Shown here in pieces: positions 36,153-48,798 of a stretch of DNA of 64,000 nucleotides (its first letter is position 1; each line of letters opens with the position of its first letter). Position numbers and translations under genes: made by a program. A model generated the notes under the pieces. It did no database searches and was not told the DNA's origin. It saw only the letters and a program-made list of their open reading frames with translations. Origin of the DNA: Tubiluchus corallicola. Lineage: Eukaryota > Animalia > Priapulida. The stretch is from NCBI GenBank assembly GCA_030141605.1, contig JAQGDQ010000070.1, positions 124,001 to 188,000 on the forward strand, in the 5' to 3' direction.

Positions 36153-36945
36153 ATAGTTCCCTTGCAAGATGACTGCACTCTTTAGTAGTAAAAACTCACC
36201 AGTATACCTGTAATAATTTCTGATTTTGATAACTCGCCGTCTCTTTTATACTGCATTTCTGAAGCGTGAGTCTCTTCTACTGAGCTGCTTATGTGTTTAT
36301 ACGAGTTGCTGTTTACTTCAATTGAAAAATTTTGCTACCTGGATTCTGTTCAGATTTCTGTAGCTCAGAAATATGTGGTATTTGTCACCTGGCGTCATTG
36401 CAGTCAAGTATCTGATTATATCAGCAAAATGTGACCGGCCCCTTTGTCCCTCGGCGGTTCCTTGTGACGGATCACTTCTACTTAGGGGATAATCTGAGCC
36501 AAATTGTAGCTGCAGCACACCCTGATCACTGTGTCGCCAGTTATCCTAATCCATTTCTGTTAATCCAATTAATCCACATTCTAGGTGAAGTGGGAGCTTA
36601 GTGGAATGTGACATTGGTCAGTTTGTCCCGAGACAGTGGACATTGGACAAACAGAATGTTCACATTGTTGCGAACGTATAGAAACAGTAAACAGATTTGT
36701 CGAGCTGATGGCGGCCCTTTAAACTTGTGAACAATGAATTGTGTATGCTTTTAACTATTGATTAGGCTAATATGTTCATTACAACTGCATGTTGTTTGGA
36801 TTTCTTAATATAGAGATAGCCGGGTGTTTGATGGATTCATGTGAAGAAAATTAATAAAGCTTCGAAAATATACTTTAAAATATAAACTAAGTCTAAGATG
36901 TAGGACAATGTAGGCATTATTTCATTCTCCAAATTTTTTTCTATA

Positions 36946-37162
<217 letters not shown>

Positions 37163-38113
37163 ATAGCACATATATTCACTAATTACTAATACTAATTCAC
37201 CATAAAATCTAGTAATCCATTACTGATTAATTGCGAGTTAATTTCATTCATTATTAGAGAAGTAATCGACTGTTTTTTTTACTAAAATTTAATCTAGTTT
37301 TAACAGAAGATATCGCACAAATATAAGTGTCTTATTGCATATTTTCTGCGAAGACAATCAAATGCACAACACTTTCTTAATAGTTGATATCGCATTTTAA
37401 TGCAATACGGCATTGAAGCACTCGGCTGCATTATTTTTAACAATGACTTTTTGTTCTAGTGTTGCTAACCTAAATCCATTTTCGGTAATTGATAATTCGA
37501 AAATAATTGAATTGTATTTTTTATATTTATGGTATTTTATGTATTTAACAGTAGAATTTAAGGATGTTGCCAAATAAACTTTAGAAGTGCACAATTCATT
37601 TTGATTTCAGCTTTAAATAAACAAATCCAAATCATTTAATGTATGCAAAGTATATAAACTTTCAACAGAATATGAGGCTTCAGGATCCATATTTAGAGCC
37701 TTTTCAAGGCAGTATTGTGAAATTGAGATTATTCTAATTTTAAATTCGTCTGTTGTTGCGGCGTGCAATAAGTTTGTTGTGTGCAACAAAAATATCTTTT
37801 CTTTAAAAACACAATTTTTTTGTTTAGAAAATTTTTTTCGTGTGGCGTCGGAACCATCTAGGTTAAAAGCTGTAGAAAAAGTAGTGTTTTTCTTTGTTGT
37901 ATTACGCTTTTATAATTGTATACGCATGCGCACAAGCATTGGTGGCATCTGTCCAGAGACTCCAGCCATCAGAAAATTAGTAATTTGTGTTCTGAGGGAC
38001 CAGTTACAGATTCTCTTGGGTAGTATGGACTTTACCTACAATAACACTAATACCCCATCAGTATTAATAACTTATGGTATCAACCTTTTCAAATTAGCTG
38101 GCAGTTAACGGTA

Positions 38114-38451
38114 TCATTAATTAGAATATGACTGTTCATAAACCATTGGGATTTGTTTCCAACAATTATTATTTATTGCGGGTACTGAGCTGAAGAATGT
38201 TGAACCATTCGGTACTTGAACCTGAGAACTGGAATCCCAGACTCTGCCACTTGAGCTACCAGTTCAACATGACAGAGCAGGCCTGAGATTTCATCCTACT
38301 GTCATGTGTACAGGTGGCGCTGTTGGACTGTGTGCTACAAGGATGAAATTTCGAGCATGGGAGTACTAATCCCAGGATTCAGGTTCAAGTCCAGACTGGT
38401 TTAACATGGTTTATGAACACTGAGGCATTCGCATCATAATCTAATTAATGA
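38114..38451. mobile_element. Foldback element containing two divergent tRNA-like arms and a central CTCF-like motif
   Basis: Paired arms: TCATTAATTAGAATATGA / TCATAATCTAATTAATGA; TGTTCATAAACCA (38133) / TGGTTTATGAACA (38407); ATTTCATCCT / AGGATGAAAT. B-box GGTTCAAGT on both strands; CAGGTGGCGCTG at 38311-38322. Confidence 0.65.
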
Positions 38452-41400
38452 CATTAATTACTTCATATTGCTGATTGCTGCGTGACTGAGTTACGCACAG
38501 AGATACTGTGAACAAGAACGAACACTGACAATTTTTTCACATAATGAGAATTTATTCCAACAGATCAGCTGATGCGAAGAAATGAGGAAATCCGTGTGAA
38601 CAGATTGCCACTGTCATCGCATAATTTGCAAATAGAAACCTGTAGGAGGTTTAGGTTGCCACGCGATTACTTGTTTTGTGATCTCTCAGAAGCCTCTGTC
38701 ACAGCAGTCTATTCAATTTTATTAAGTAAACTTGCTTACTAGGACTTTAGAGATCACTTGTCATTAGTTCAACAGCTAGCTAAGCAAACACACTCGAATC
38801 GTTTAGTGATGGTTTACAATACAATTTCTGATCAATTCACTGAATGTGAAAGTTCACAATCCACACAATGCCGTAAATCAGTTGTTAGTACTCAACTCAC
38901 ATTTGAAAATATAAATTTGAAAACGACATTAGGACCATATCAACCTCCGCTGAACGAACTTTTGAACATCACCACATCACCATGTATCATCGAGTCTCCA
39001 CATTACGAAATTCGAAAAAACAAAACAAACGAAAGAGTCAAAGAAGGAATAGCGTGCGCAGTCTAGTGGCCATGGCGATATAATCCAAATGCGTCATGTT
39101 CAAGCTCGGTGTTGGTTGTTTACATTTCCTTTCTTCTGGCCAAATTTGGTTATAAAAAATTAGCAATTGTCAGTTTTTCCATTTTTATTTCCGAGTTGCA
39201 CGCAAATAGTTTTAAAGGAAAAGCCAATCCTTCTGTGAAATTAGCTTAATTTTAATATTCGCGAAAAATGTTAGAAAGATTTAGTAATAGAAGTGCGATA
39301 AGTGCTTCGTGTGATTAGTAAAATCACTTTAGCGTCGCAATCATTTCACATTTGAGGCGCTCCCAATTTGAACGCCATTTTACACCAATGACGTCATTCG
39401 TCGACTGAAGAAAAGCAGCACACTGTCAAAGGCACAAGAATTTTACGAACATCAAGTAAACTGCGGAAGTTTAAATTAGTTTAAGCAGCGCGCGCTCACC
39501 GAAGCCACGATGTGCTTACGAAAAATCACGAAGCCACAGGTTACATCATAATTTTCAAATGAATAGTGGCAGCCACCGCGGCATAGACAATTTTTTGTAA
39601 ATTTCTTTGTTACATTTCTCTTAGTTTAAGTGATAGTAGTTAAACAAACCCAACATGCTGAATGACTTGTCCTTTCCTTTAATCAGGCCCCATATTTTTA
39701 TTTCTATTTCGTTTAGGTAATTTAACTTATGCATTGTCTGCATAGCCCAAAATTTATGATTGTCCAGTTAGCGCCCTGACATTTTCTGTTATTGTGGAAG
39801 AATGTATGTTCATCCAAACGCGCGGCTAAAACACCTCTGACAGTCCAGTGCCTCAGAGCGACTTAATAACTAGATACCGATCTTTCTGCAACGATTCATA
39901 TTAACAGTGTCAGCATGGACTCCAGACGGACGCTTGTCGCACTGACACAGCCCTCGATGAGAGATTGGTGACGTTCGCCACAGTCTGATGATGGCACGTT
40001 CACGTATCAGCGGCTGGCATCGCTCGCCGCAACTAGACCGAGATGAAGAGGTTCTATGCCATGTCGGCGACTCGAAAAAGCTCACTAACTACCTGTCTTC
40101 TGTTTGCGTAGCGCTACCTGATCGATACTAATGCGTAAATTACAGTCGACTGAAAACCGAACACACTCGGCTTTTGTTCGACAATCAGAACCCTGTGGCT
40201 GCAATGACAACTGCGAGATTATCCGAAAATCTGCTGACTTATCTGTGTGGTATCAACACCGCCCGACACCCGAACACTCGGATTATAAACACACGGCACT
40301 AGGGCTTTGATAATAAGCGAAGAAAATTAGCTTTTTCCATAGAAGTTACTACAGACGTTATCTGGTGAATTATTCCAGGCAAATGAAGAAATTTGCAGCC
40401 TCACTTGCCGCGTGGCAAGCTTGGTGTTTTTGCCTTGCAAACAATTTTTACACTTCACTTCGCTCACACATCAGAATTTTGAAATCAGTGACGATAAGAC
40501 AACTTGTATGGTTCTAGTTGGTAACCTGTAATCGCATGTGCTCCATGTTTCAAAGCCTACAATGCCAGAAAAGGTCTAAATTCGCTATGGGTCTGATTTG
40601 TTTTTTCTTTCGTTTTGGTTCAGCTTCCTTTCTAGCTTTAAAAATTTAGTTTGTAGAATTTTGGCTAGGGTAATTTTTTCTTTTAATCACTACAATCGTT
40701 TCAGGCTTATTTTATATAAATCTTAGTTTCATATTTTTAGCGCAACTACATTTCTAGAACGTTTTACAGCGTGTTTAAAACGCATCAACTAGTAATTATT
40801 TCAATCTGTTATTTTTCGCAATGCTGATTGCTAAGCTACAGAAAAAGGAAATTTCTGCCAACACCGTAAAGATTCCCAATTTCTTCTCTAATACATTTAG
40901 GCAGATCTTTACTACATTAATGCGATCAAGGCTGATATGAGTGACATGTCACACCGTTGATACATCTCATCAGACAATAAAAGAGTCCAGAAATGATACA
41001 TCACGAATGATCCGTTGTTTTGGTGACGCTTTTCTTTAGTTTTGTCTTTTTCTAATAAAAACGCAACTTTTTCAGATTTTTGTTTGGCCTTTAGTTTTGC
41101 TGTCAATGATTTCACTCTAATTTCTTGTTATTCGCACAATAAAAAGGTATACCACCCCTCCACCTCTATGGTATTGAACTATTTCCCTGAGCATTGCTGT
41201 GCTCATTTCTTGTTTCTGGTATTTTGAGATTGAATTGGCCAATTCCATACAGTCTTGCGGTTAAGGAATTTTTTTCAAGAAAAATTCTTGTAAATCTTCT
41301 TTGGAATTATGCCCGACTTCGTATCAATAGAAAATTGTCCAATGATGGATGTAACAAAGGCGGGCAGTGAATTTCAAAAACTGTTTATAAATATTAGAAT

Positions 41401-44400
41401 TTTACAAAAGCAGCATTCTTGCAAGAAATAGTGAAATATAAACAATGATTTCTGTGGCCAGTGATTTTACACCACAGCGCTTTTCCATCCTTTTTAACTC
41501 GTATTTTTATGTGCATTAAAAATATAAAAAAAACCACAAAAATCAAGATTAGTGATTTTGTATGACTTTTGTAATTTTTTTGTTTTGTCCTTCTTATTCC
41601 TTCATCTGAAGATAAATTGTAATGTCGCGTTTTTTCTTGTTTCTTAATTGCGGTTCTTTTCATTAATGGAAGATATTGTGGTTCTTGTGCAATTGATGGA
41701 AATTTGTTCTGTGGGCGTTCTGTATGTTCAGTCAGAAATTTTGACCGTAATATTTTATATGTAACAAAAGAAATGCTTGTACTGACATAAAAATGATTAT
41801 TTTAAAAGCAACGAGTTTTACCTTGAGTAAATCCTGTTCAGCCATTCGGTTCAAAGGCGCAGCATATTTTCAGCTCTGTCAAAGGAAATGATCTTTGAAG
41901 ACTTACAATTTTAGGTTTTAGAAGAAAACATTCTGACAAGAAACAATGTTAGATGAAGATAGTTCTTGTGTATGCATGGTAACTTACTCTGTGCTTACTT
42001 TGGGGAGTCCAGTAAGAACTTTTTGATGACATTATGATTATTAGGCAGTATATCTGGATCATATAACGAAATCTATAAAAAAATTATGTATTAATTTAAA
42101 GACAATAGGCAATACATGAAAAATCCAAACCGTGTACTTTCGCCATCAATTTCCAGCAGCTGCATCCAGCAACTATACGTGTAATTAGCTAACTTTTAAT
42201 GAGTTTTTTGGAAGGATGCAGAAAGTGGCAAGGCATAAATAACGGCTGAGTTGATAACTGTAAGAATAATGAAATTTGTCTATAAATCCAGAGCAGGTGC
42301 ATGAATCTCATGTGAGGTTCTTGAAAAATCATTCAGGTTATAAATTTAATTTAGCTAGAATGGAGTCCGTCAATGGTAATGTTTAAAACCAAAACTTAAG
42401 GCAGAACTCAGAATTTAGAAAAGTAATATAATATTTATTGTAGTGGTTCTGTTCATGATTCTGCATTGTGACTACAGCTGTCATTTTGGGAGACTTGCAT
42501 GTATTACATTAGTTTCATTTTGATCCACAGATCTGTACAAAACTGCGTACAATGAAAGGGTCATCCATCATGGTGCCGAGTGGCAGGCTGACAAATGTAA
42601 CCACCCACGTCACATCCTGTCGCCTTTGTCGAGCAAAATGCTGCCCATTGAAGTGTCAGTGTCTCCAAATGTCGAGTGATAGAAGACAAGCCCAGACAAT
42701 GGCCGACTGGACGAGACTCCACGTTAATTATTATAAACTTGTTGTGACAAAGCAGAAGGATTAGCGAGATTTCATGGACAAAGATGTTGCACAATCAAAT
42801 AATGAGAGGTCAATTATGCTTGAATATTTATGCAGGAGTAAGCCGTGAGAGAGTACAGTCATATCAGACGACATAAAAATCTCCAGAGACATGTACCTGT
42901 CCATTACATACAATTATTTATCCGTTTCACACACCCACATCTGTGTCTAAAGTAGAGTTTCCCTTAAAGATTTTTGATGTACAACAATTTTCTTTTTCCT
43001 CTTTTATGACTTGAGTTTTGCGTTCATGTACATCAATTTTAATACGTTTCATTTAATTTAAAAATCGCATTTAAGCCTTTGTAAGTACAGTATGCGTTAC
43101 GTCTCACAACAATTTTTTGTCTTTTGTAACTTAAATATTACCATCATGTACAATAAATTTTCATACATATAAATTAATTACAAAACCGTTTTGGCCACAT
43201 TAGCATGCACATAAACAGTAATTAGCTTCACCTCCTGATGTTAGCAGCGCATATGATATTGGAACTTTGAAAAAAAATTATTGCAAGTACTGTCTTTAGT
43301 TGCAATAATCATATGTTTAATCATTGCAAAAACGTACACAATTTTTTACTTGGCACAAAAATAAACTTGTTGACGTAAATAGTTACTTGCTCGATTCCTT
43401 TTTTATGTAAATCGCCTCAAATAAGTTCAGCTTAGGAAAGGGGCTCTAGTAGAAAACTGGAAACGTGAATACAAAAATAGAATTCTTAAAACTAATTTGG
43501 TAGTGACGGGAGGTACCTGTTAACATTATACTTGAAGTGGGCGAGGTTGCAATTTCAGAAAAGCGATTTCCTGGTGGAGAATTCCACATATAAGAGACTA
43601 GTGGAAAAAATGGATTTATTCTTCATCGGCATCCTTACTTGCACCAGATAGTTGTGTTTTGTGCATAATGACATTGTAACAATAACTTTTTGTTAGAAAA
43701 TAACTGTAGAGAAAGGATTTAATGTTTAGTACCAATGAATTTTAAATGCCTATACGATTTAGCTGAAAGTAAAAACCTCTTTGATGCTGACTCACTTGCT
43801 ACTAACGCAGCTCATTCAGCGCATAAAGCAATACCTGCGGAATTTCACCCTCCAATAAAATAAGTTACTGTCATGTAAAGTTTTCAGAACACGCGATATA
43901 AAGCCTTGATTTTCGGGATTTTCTCATAGTATGTCTCCCTAAATTAGCCTTAATTTGTGATTTTATTCGCGGAAAGCGACATGTTCTAATTTCCGATGCA
44001 CGAGCGTGCTGTCATAACGCGCATGCGCAGATGCTCTTAATTGGAGGCTAGTGAAAAACAGGCAGGTGAAAAAGTGCAAGGATTAGTGTCGTCACGTCAT
44101 AAAAACTAAGGAAAAATCTGCCTCCATCACGGAAATACATTGTAGTTTCGCAGAATGTTTTATTGGAAACTCGTTTCTCTGAGTAAGTCGTTTTTTATTA
44201 AGGGCGAATCCATAAAGACGTCACCCTTTCTTCCTCGACGAAATAATGTTTGTCTCCCGATAAGTACCACATTAAATACAGAACACTCTTATTTTGTCGT
44301 ATAGGGGCAGCAGATGTCTAAAGTGTTCCTTTCTTGAGTTCTGTAATCTGTAATTTAGTGAGAACCTTTTCTCCAAAATATATGACGTATGTATGACGTC

Positions 44401-47400
44401 ACGCAAGTATTTAAAGTTAGCGACAAACCCAATCCGGTGTTGGCTGTAATACTAATACTACACATCTTCGTTGTAGATGCTTGTACATACGATTTGCGTA
44501 TAAACTTTTACGTGTTACATTGTTATCCGTGTCGGTATCACGGCCATGAATGGTTCACCGCATCACTACATTGGTGCCAGTTTTAATGGACACATTGGGG
44601 CATTGTTGGACAACGTTGCACAGATGCCACATTTTGAAGACAGCCACTATAGTGATCGGAATGTTCATGTTAGCCGCAGTACTTTAAGTGATCGGCCATT
44701 TTAAAAAAAGTTCCAGCTGTTCGTATTTCTTTGACTTATTTGGTCGATCTTTTTACAGTTGCCTGTCTTTTTATTTCTTAGTCACCCGCTTTTAGACGGG
44801 CCTTGTCAATTTTTCAAGTAGCGGCAGCTCAACTATTAAATTTAACCAGCGTTATCCAGTGGTCCAGTCGATCCGGGACGCTAAAACAATATTTGAACGA
44901 TAAAGTATTCTCAACAAATGTTCCCCATAAAATATTTTACTCAGTTACATTTACATTTATATAATCATTTACACGTCTTTTACCTGACGCTTTCTAATGT
45001 CGTCAGTCAAATTTAAGGTCATCAGTCAGCCTTCTGCGGTTCCTTTAACTCCTTATTAATGATGACTGGAGCATGTACATGTCAACCCTAACGACTTGCA
45101 GTCTTGCAGATTATTTTTCAAATCTCTTTACTGCGCCCGCCGTGGACCTATAATGGTTAACATTTCAAACCTTTTTTAGATTTATTTATTTCACTAGAAT
45201 GGGAAACAGACAATAGAGTGGGCAGAAAAGCAAAAGGGGAGATTGTAATTGTCTGGGATCGACTTTTTAACGTTTTACAAACTGAGATAAAGATTGTGAG
45301 CCTTTTTCTTTTTTATTTTTGCCGAAACTGCATATTGGCAATGGTGTATGGAGTCTGTGGACCTTGATAACAACCTTAATTGCAAATATTGCCTATCTGT
45401 GATATTCGTTGTCTTAATCTAAGCCCATAACTGTGAAACCTCACTTAGCACAGTAGTTACTGAAACTTGCTTAGGATGCATGTCGCGTATAGAATTTTAC
45501 TTTTGCACTATAAGTTGGTAGGCATACACGTGGCCATTTCTTGGAAAAAAGATTTTTCTTGCCAAAGGTGATTATCTAATCGTTTTTACGCCAAAAAATG
45601 TACAAAGGCAGACCCTGAAACCGACAGTATCGTGTACTGTGTCATGAGGCATGCTCATTAGTCTTAACAGGCCACACATGCATGTATTTGACTCATTTTT
45701 CTAACTGTCATCGCATTGAACATGTCTATGCTGTCAGTTAGTCATTTACCCACCCCAGTCAGGCACACAATTATTATTGTAAATTACTAGTAAACACGTC
45801 CAACGACACCAGACAAAACGACACTCGCCACTTACTTGTCATGATATATGCGACTGCCACGGGCACTGCTCACTACTTATAAACTTTTTAGTTACAGAAT
45901 CTTAGTTACACTTTACTTAAAAGTTACACTTAAATCTGTCACGGCATCGTAACATTAAAATTACGTTTACTTGCAGATGTGGTGACGACAGTACCACTGT
46001 TGTAATTATGGTTGTAGATCTGGTGTTGTGGTGGAGGCCTTGTGTGGTAGTGACAATAGCAAGGGTATGGTGGCAAAGACCTTGCGGCTGTAGCAGACAC
46101 AGGTCTTGTGGCACCACGTCAGTTACCAGTTGGTCAAGTTGCAATATCAGCTCTGTTACACAATTGCTGCTTGTGCGTTTAGTCATATAATGTACTTGAC
46201 GATAGGTGTCTAATGGCTTCCACTGTTAATTGAATGCAATTCTTGTTATTTCGGCATGATTTGGACAGTATGATAACATTGAAAACTTAATTATTGAGCA
46301 TCTTTTTGCCTAACATTTGCAAAGGAGCAAAATGAAGAGAAAAGTCTATTAAAATAAATAAAGTTTAATATGCCTATGTAGGCCTATTTATGTTGGTACA
46401 GTCACTTGCATATCGAAATCAATTTCTATTGCATGTAAGCAGGCTGGAAATCTCTAGCTAGAAATCAATTCCATTTCTTTTGATTTCAATCATTGTGAGA
46501 ACTAATTCTCATGTAAGGGCAATGTCAAGCAAAAGAAAAAGATTGAGGAACAAGAAAATCAGTTTTTGACTTATAATCTGTAAGTTTCCCGGTCTGAGAT
46601 GTTGTCATAACCATTAATAGTATCGCTGGAGAGTTCCTTAAATTATATCACATTCTCGACAGAATAGTTTCTCAAAGAAAGAATCAAGCTCAATGGCTGG
46701 TCCACGATTTTATGGGACCATTGACAAACCATGAGTTACGAGTGTGGTGAGCATTATTACCCAAGCGCCTCTTTACGAGACGACTGGGCCATTTATCATG
46801 CCAAATACACTGCTTGTTAATTTGTCAAACAGTGAACGTGAAATGACGTTTTTATACTCAAAACGTTTAATAGAAGCTCGCCATTATGATCTCAACGCAA
46901 ACGTGTGTTCATGCTGCTTGCTACTAAACCAGCATCGAGGTATCCCATAATCCCGATTTTCAACAATGTAATTCAATTCAAGTTTATTAAGTTGCCTACC
47001 CGAAACGACCAAGAGCAACACAATACTTGCCCCGCAGCTGTGCTAAATAAATCCAGCCTACCCGCTAATATTTTAGCTCATAAAAATCAGTAAACATTGA
47101 TAAGTAACGGAAAAAGGTGACTGTTTTGTTACTTTACACGAGTTAAGCGTTTCTGTGTCCCGCTGCGGGGCCATAAATCAAAGTAGCTTCACAATAGACG
47201 ATAAAGTCGATACTAATGGCTGAAGTCATAACTTGTCGGATTGTTCGTGATTTACAGCGGCTAGCCAATAGTTACAACCGTAATTGTAGTATACAACTCT
47301 TTTACATCCAGGACGGGAGAATGTCTTTCCAGAATTCCCTCCCCGTGAAACGAAATAACGCCGGGGAGAAAAAGAGCTACCAGCCTGAGCTCTGCTTGCT

Positions 47401-48573
47401 CCATCGATGCCATTATCACCTGATTAATTGAGGTCTATAAAACCAAATCTCTGGGCGGAAACATTGGCGAGATCATAAATTCTGGCAGAGTGAGAAACAG
47501 TTTTGTGGTTTCGGTGAAACTTTCTCGGCGCATGCGCAAATCCTATATGCAAATGTGAACGGAAATAATTATCTTTGTTGGTTGATTAATAACCTATTAT
47601 GAAGATATAGATATCTCTACATCTACAAAATGTTGTCTTCTTGCCTTTTTGAATGTTATGTCAAATTTTCATTTTTTACGTATGTTTTTGCTTTTACTTT
47701 TTGTAGGTATAAGTTTATCAAGTTACATACATTGAAAATGTAAATAATTAATGCATGTCATACTGTCTATTTTTAATAATCGAATTTAACGAATATTAAT
47801 GCCCATTTTGTAGTAAGAGATTTTACATACTTTAACAGAAAAATTTGTTGTGAAGTTTTATATTATTTACTATTTTACTTTGTGGGTCTTTTTATAGTCA
47901 GTTCTATTATTGCGTAATGAGCAAAACAATAATATTGACTAAATAATATTACCTACTTCATTCGTTAAATTTGCGTAACTCATATTTGAATTACTTTGCA
48001 TTTTTGTTATAAAAATCGATCTCGATGCCCTTACGTTAACTAAAAGTGCACATGCACTGGCAACTTAAAGTGACCTAGCTGTCGTCTATTACAACTTTAC
48101 AACAAAAGTAGATACATTGGAAATGCTCTATCACCTGGCGCCAACTGCTTTGACATCAGCAAATTATAACATTACTTTCCTTTGAGTGCTTACAAATTCT
48201 AATCCCTGTCTCTCTATGTATCACCTGTATCGTGGTTGACTATCTGACATAATTGTTAATCTCTGTCCGGACAGAATGGTTCTGCTGGCCACAGATCAGC
48301 CGAGCCGCAGTTTAAAGAGACTTAATCTTCCTTGGACAAAGTCTTGTTTTGCCTATATCATGTACTTTCACGACCACACCGACAATAGTAATGTAGTTTC
48401 TGCCCGCTGAGTAATCCCCAGTATAAGCTGTTACTGAATGAAGAACAATTTACCCAAGGAGACTTTTAAATCGAACAAAAGTTGCCGACTTTTTCGGACA
48501 ATGTGTACATATGGTTGGCATACGATGTCGAAAGTAAAATCGCCTTGCTGTTTTTTGGTTAGTCGTTCTAAGT

Positions 48574-48798
48574 GACCAGTAATAAAGTCAGAGGAAAAAA
48601 GTGCCGGAAAAAAATCACAATTTTGGCAAAGAAAAAAGAAACAGGAAAAAAGTCATTTTAGCTAGATCAGGGTTAGAGTTAGGCTTGGGTGTAGGGTAAG
48701 GATAGGGTTAGGGTTAGAGTTTTATCTATTTTCATGTGCCTTTTCATTCCTGTGAGTTTTTTCGTGACTTTTTACCTGTGACTTTATTATCTGGATTC
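48574..48798. mobile_element. Foldback MITE with tandem subterminal repeats and a degenerate (TTAGGG)n core
   Basis: Left arm repeats GGAAAAAAGTCACA-like units; right arm repeats TGTGACTTTTTACC. Core AGGGTTAGAGTTAGG...TAGGGTTAGGGTTAG at 48670-48720. Confidence 0.65.

Noticed and set aside
38196-38405. Functional tRNA genes
   Set aside because: The left arm has a truncated anticodon arm and the right arm lacks the D arm. They are treated as tRNA-derived parts of a foldback element.
41200-42200. Possible very old pogo/Tigger-like DDE transposase remnant on the minus strand (LLDS, WNWP fragments)
   Set aside because: Only 3-4 residue matches across many stops; would need an HMM or BLASTX hit.
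45917-46190. Overlapping short ORFs on both strands as a hidden gene such as Sowah
   Set aside because: No ankyrin or other recognisable motif and no consistent exon chain.
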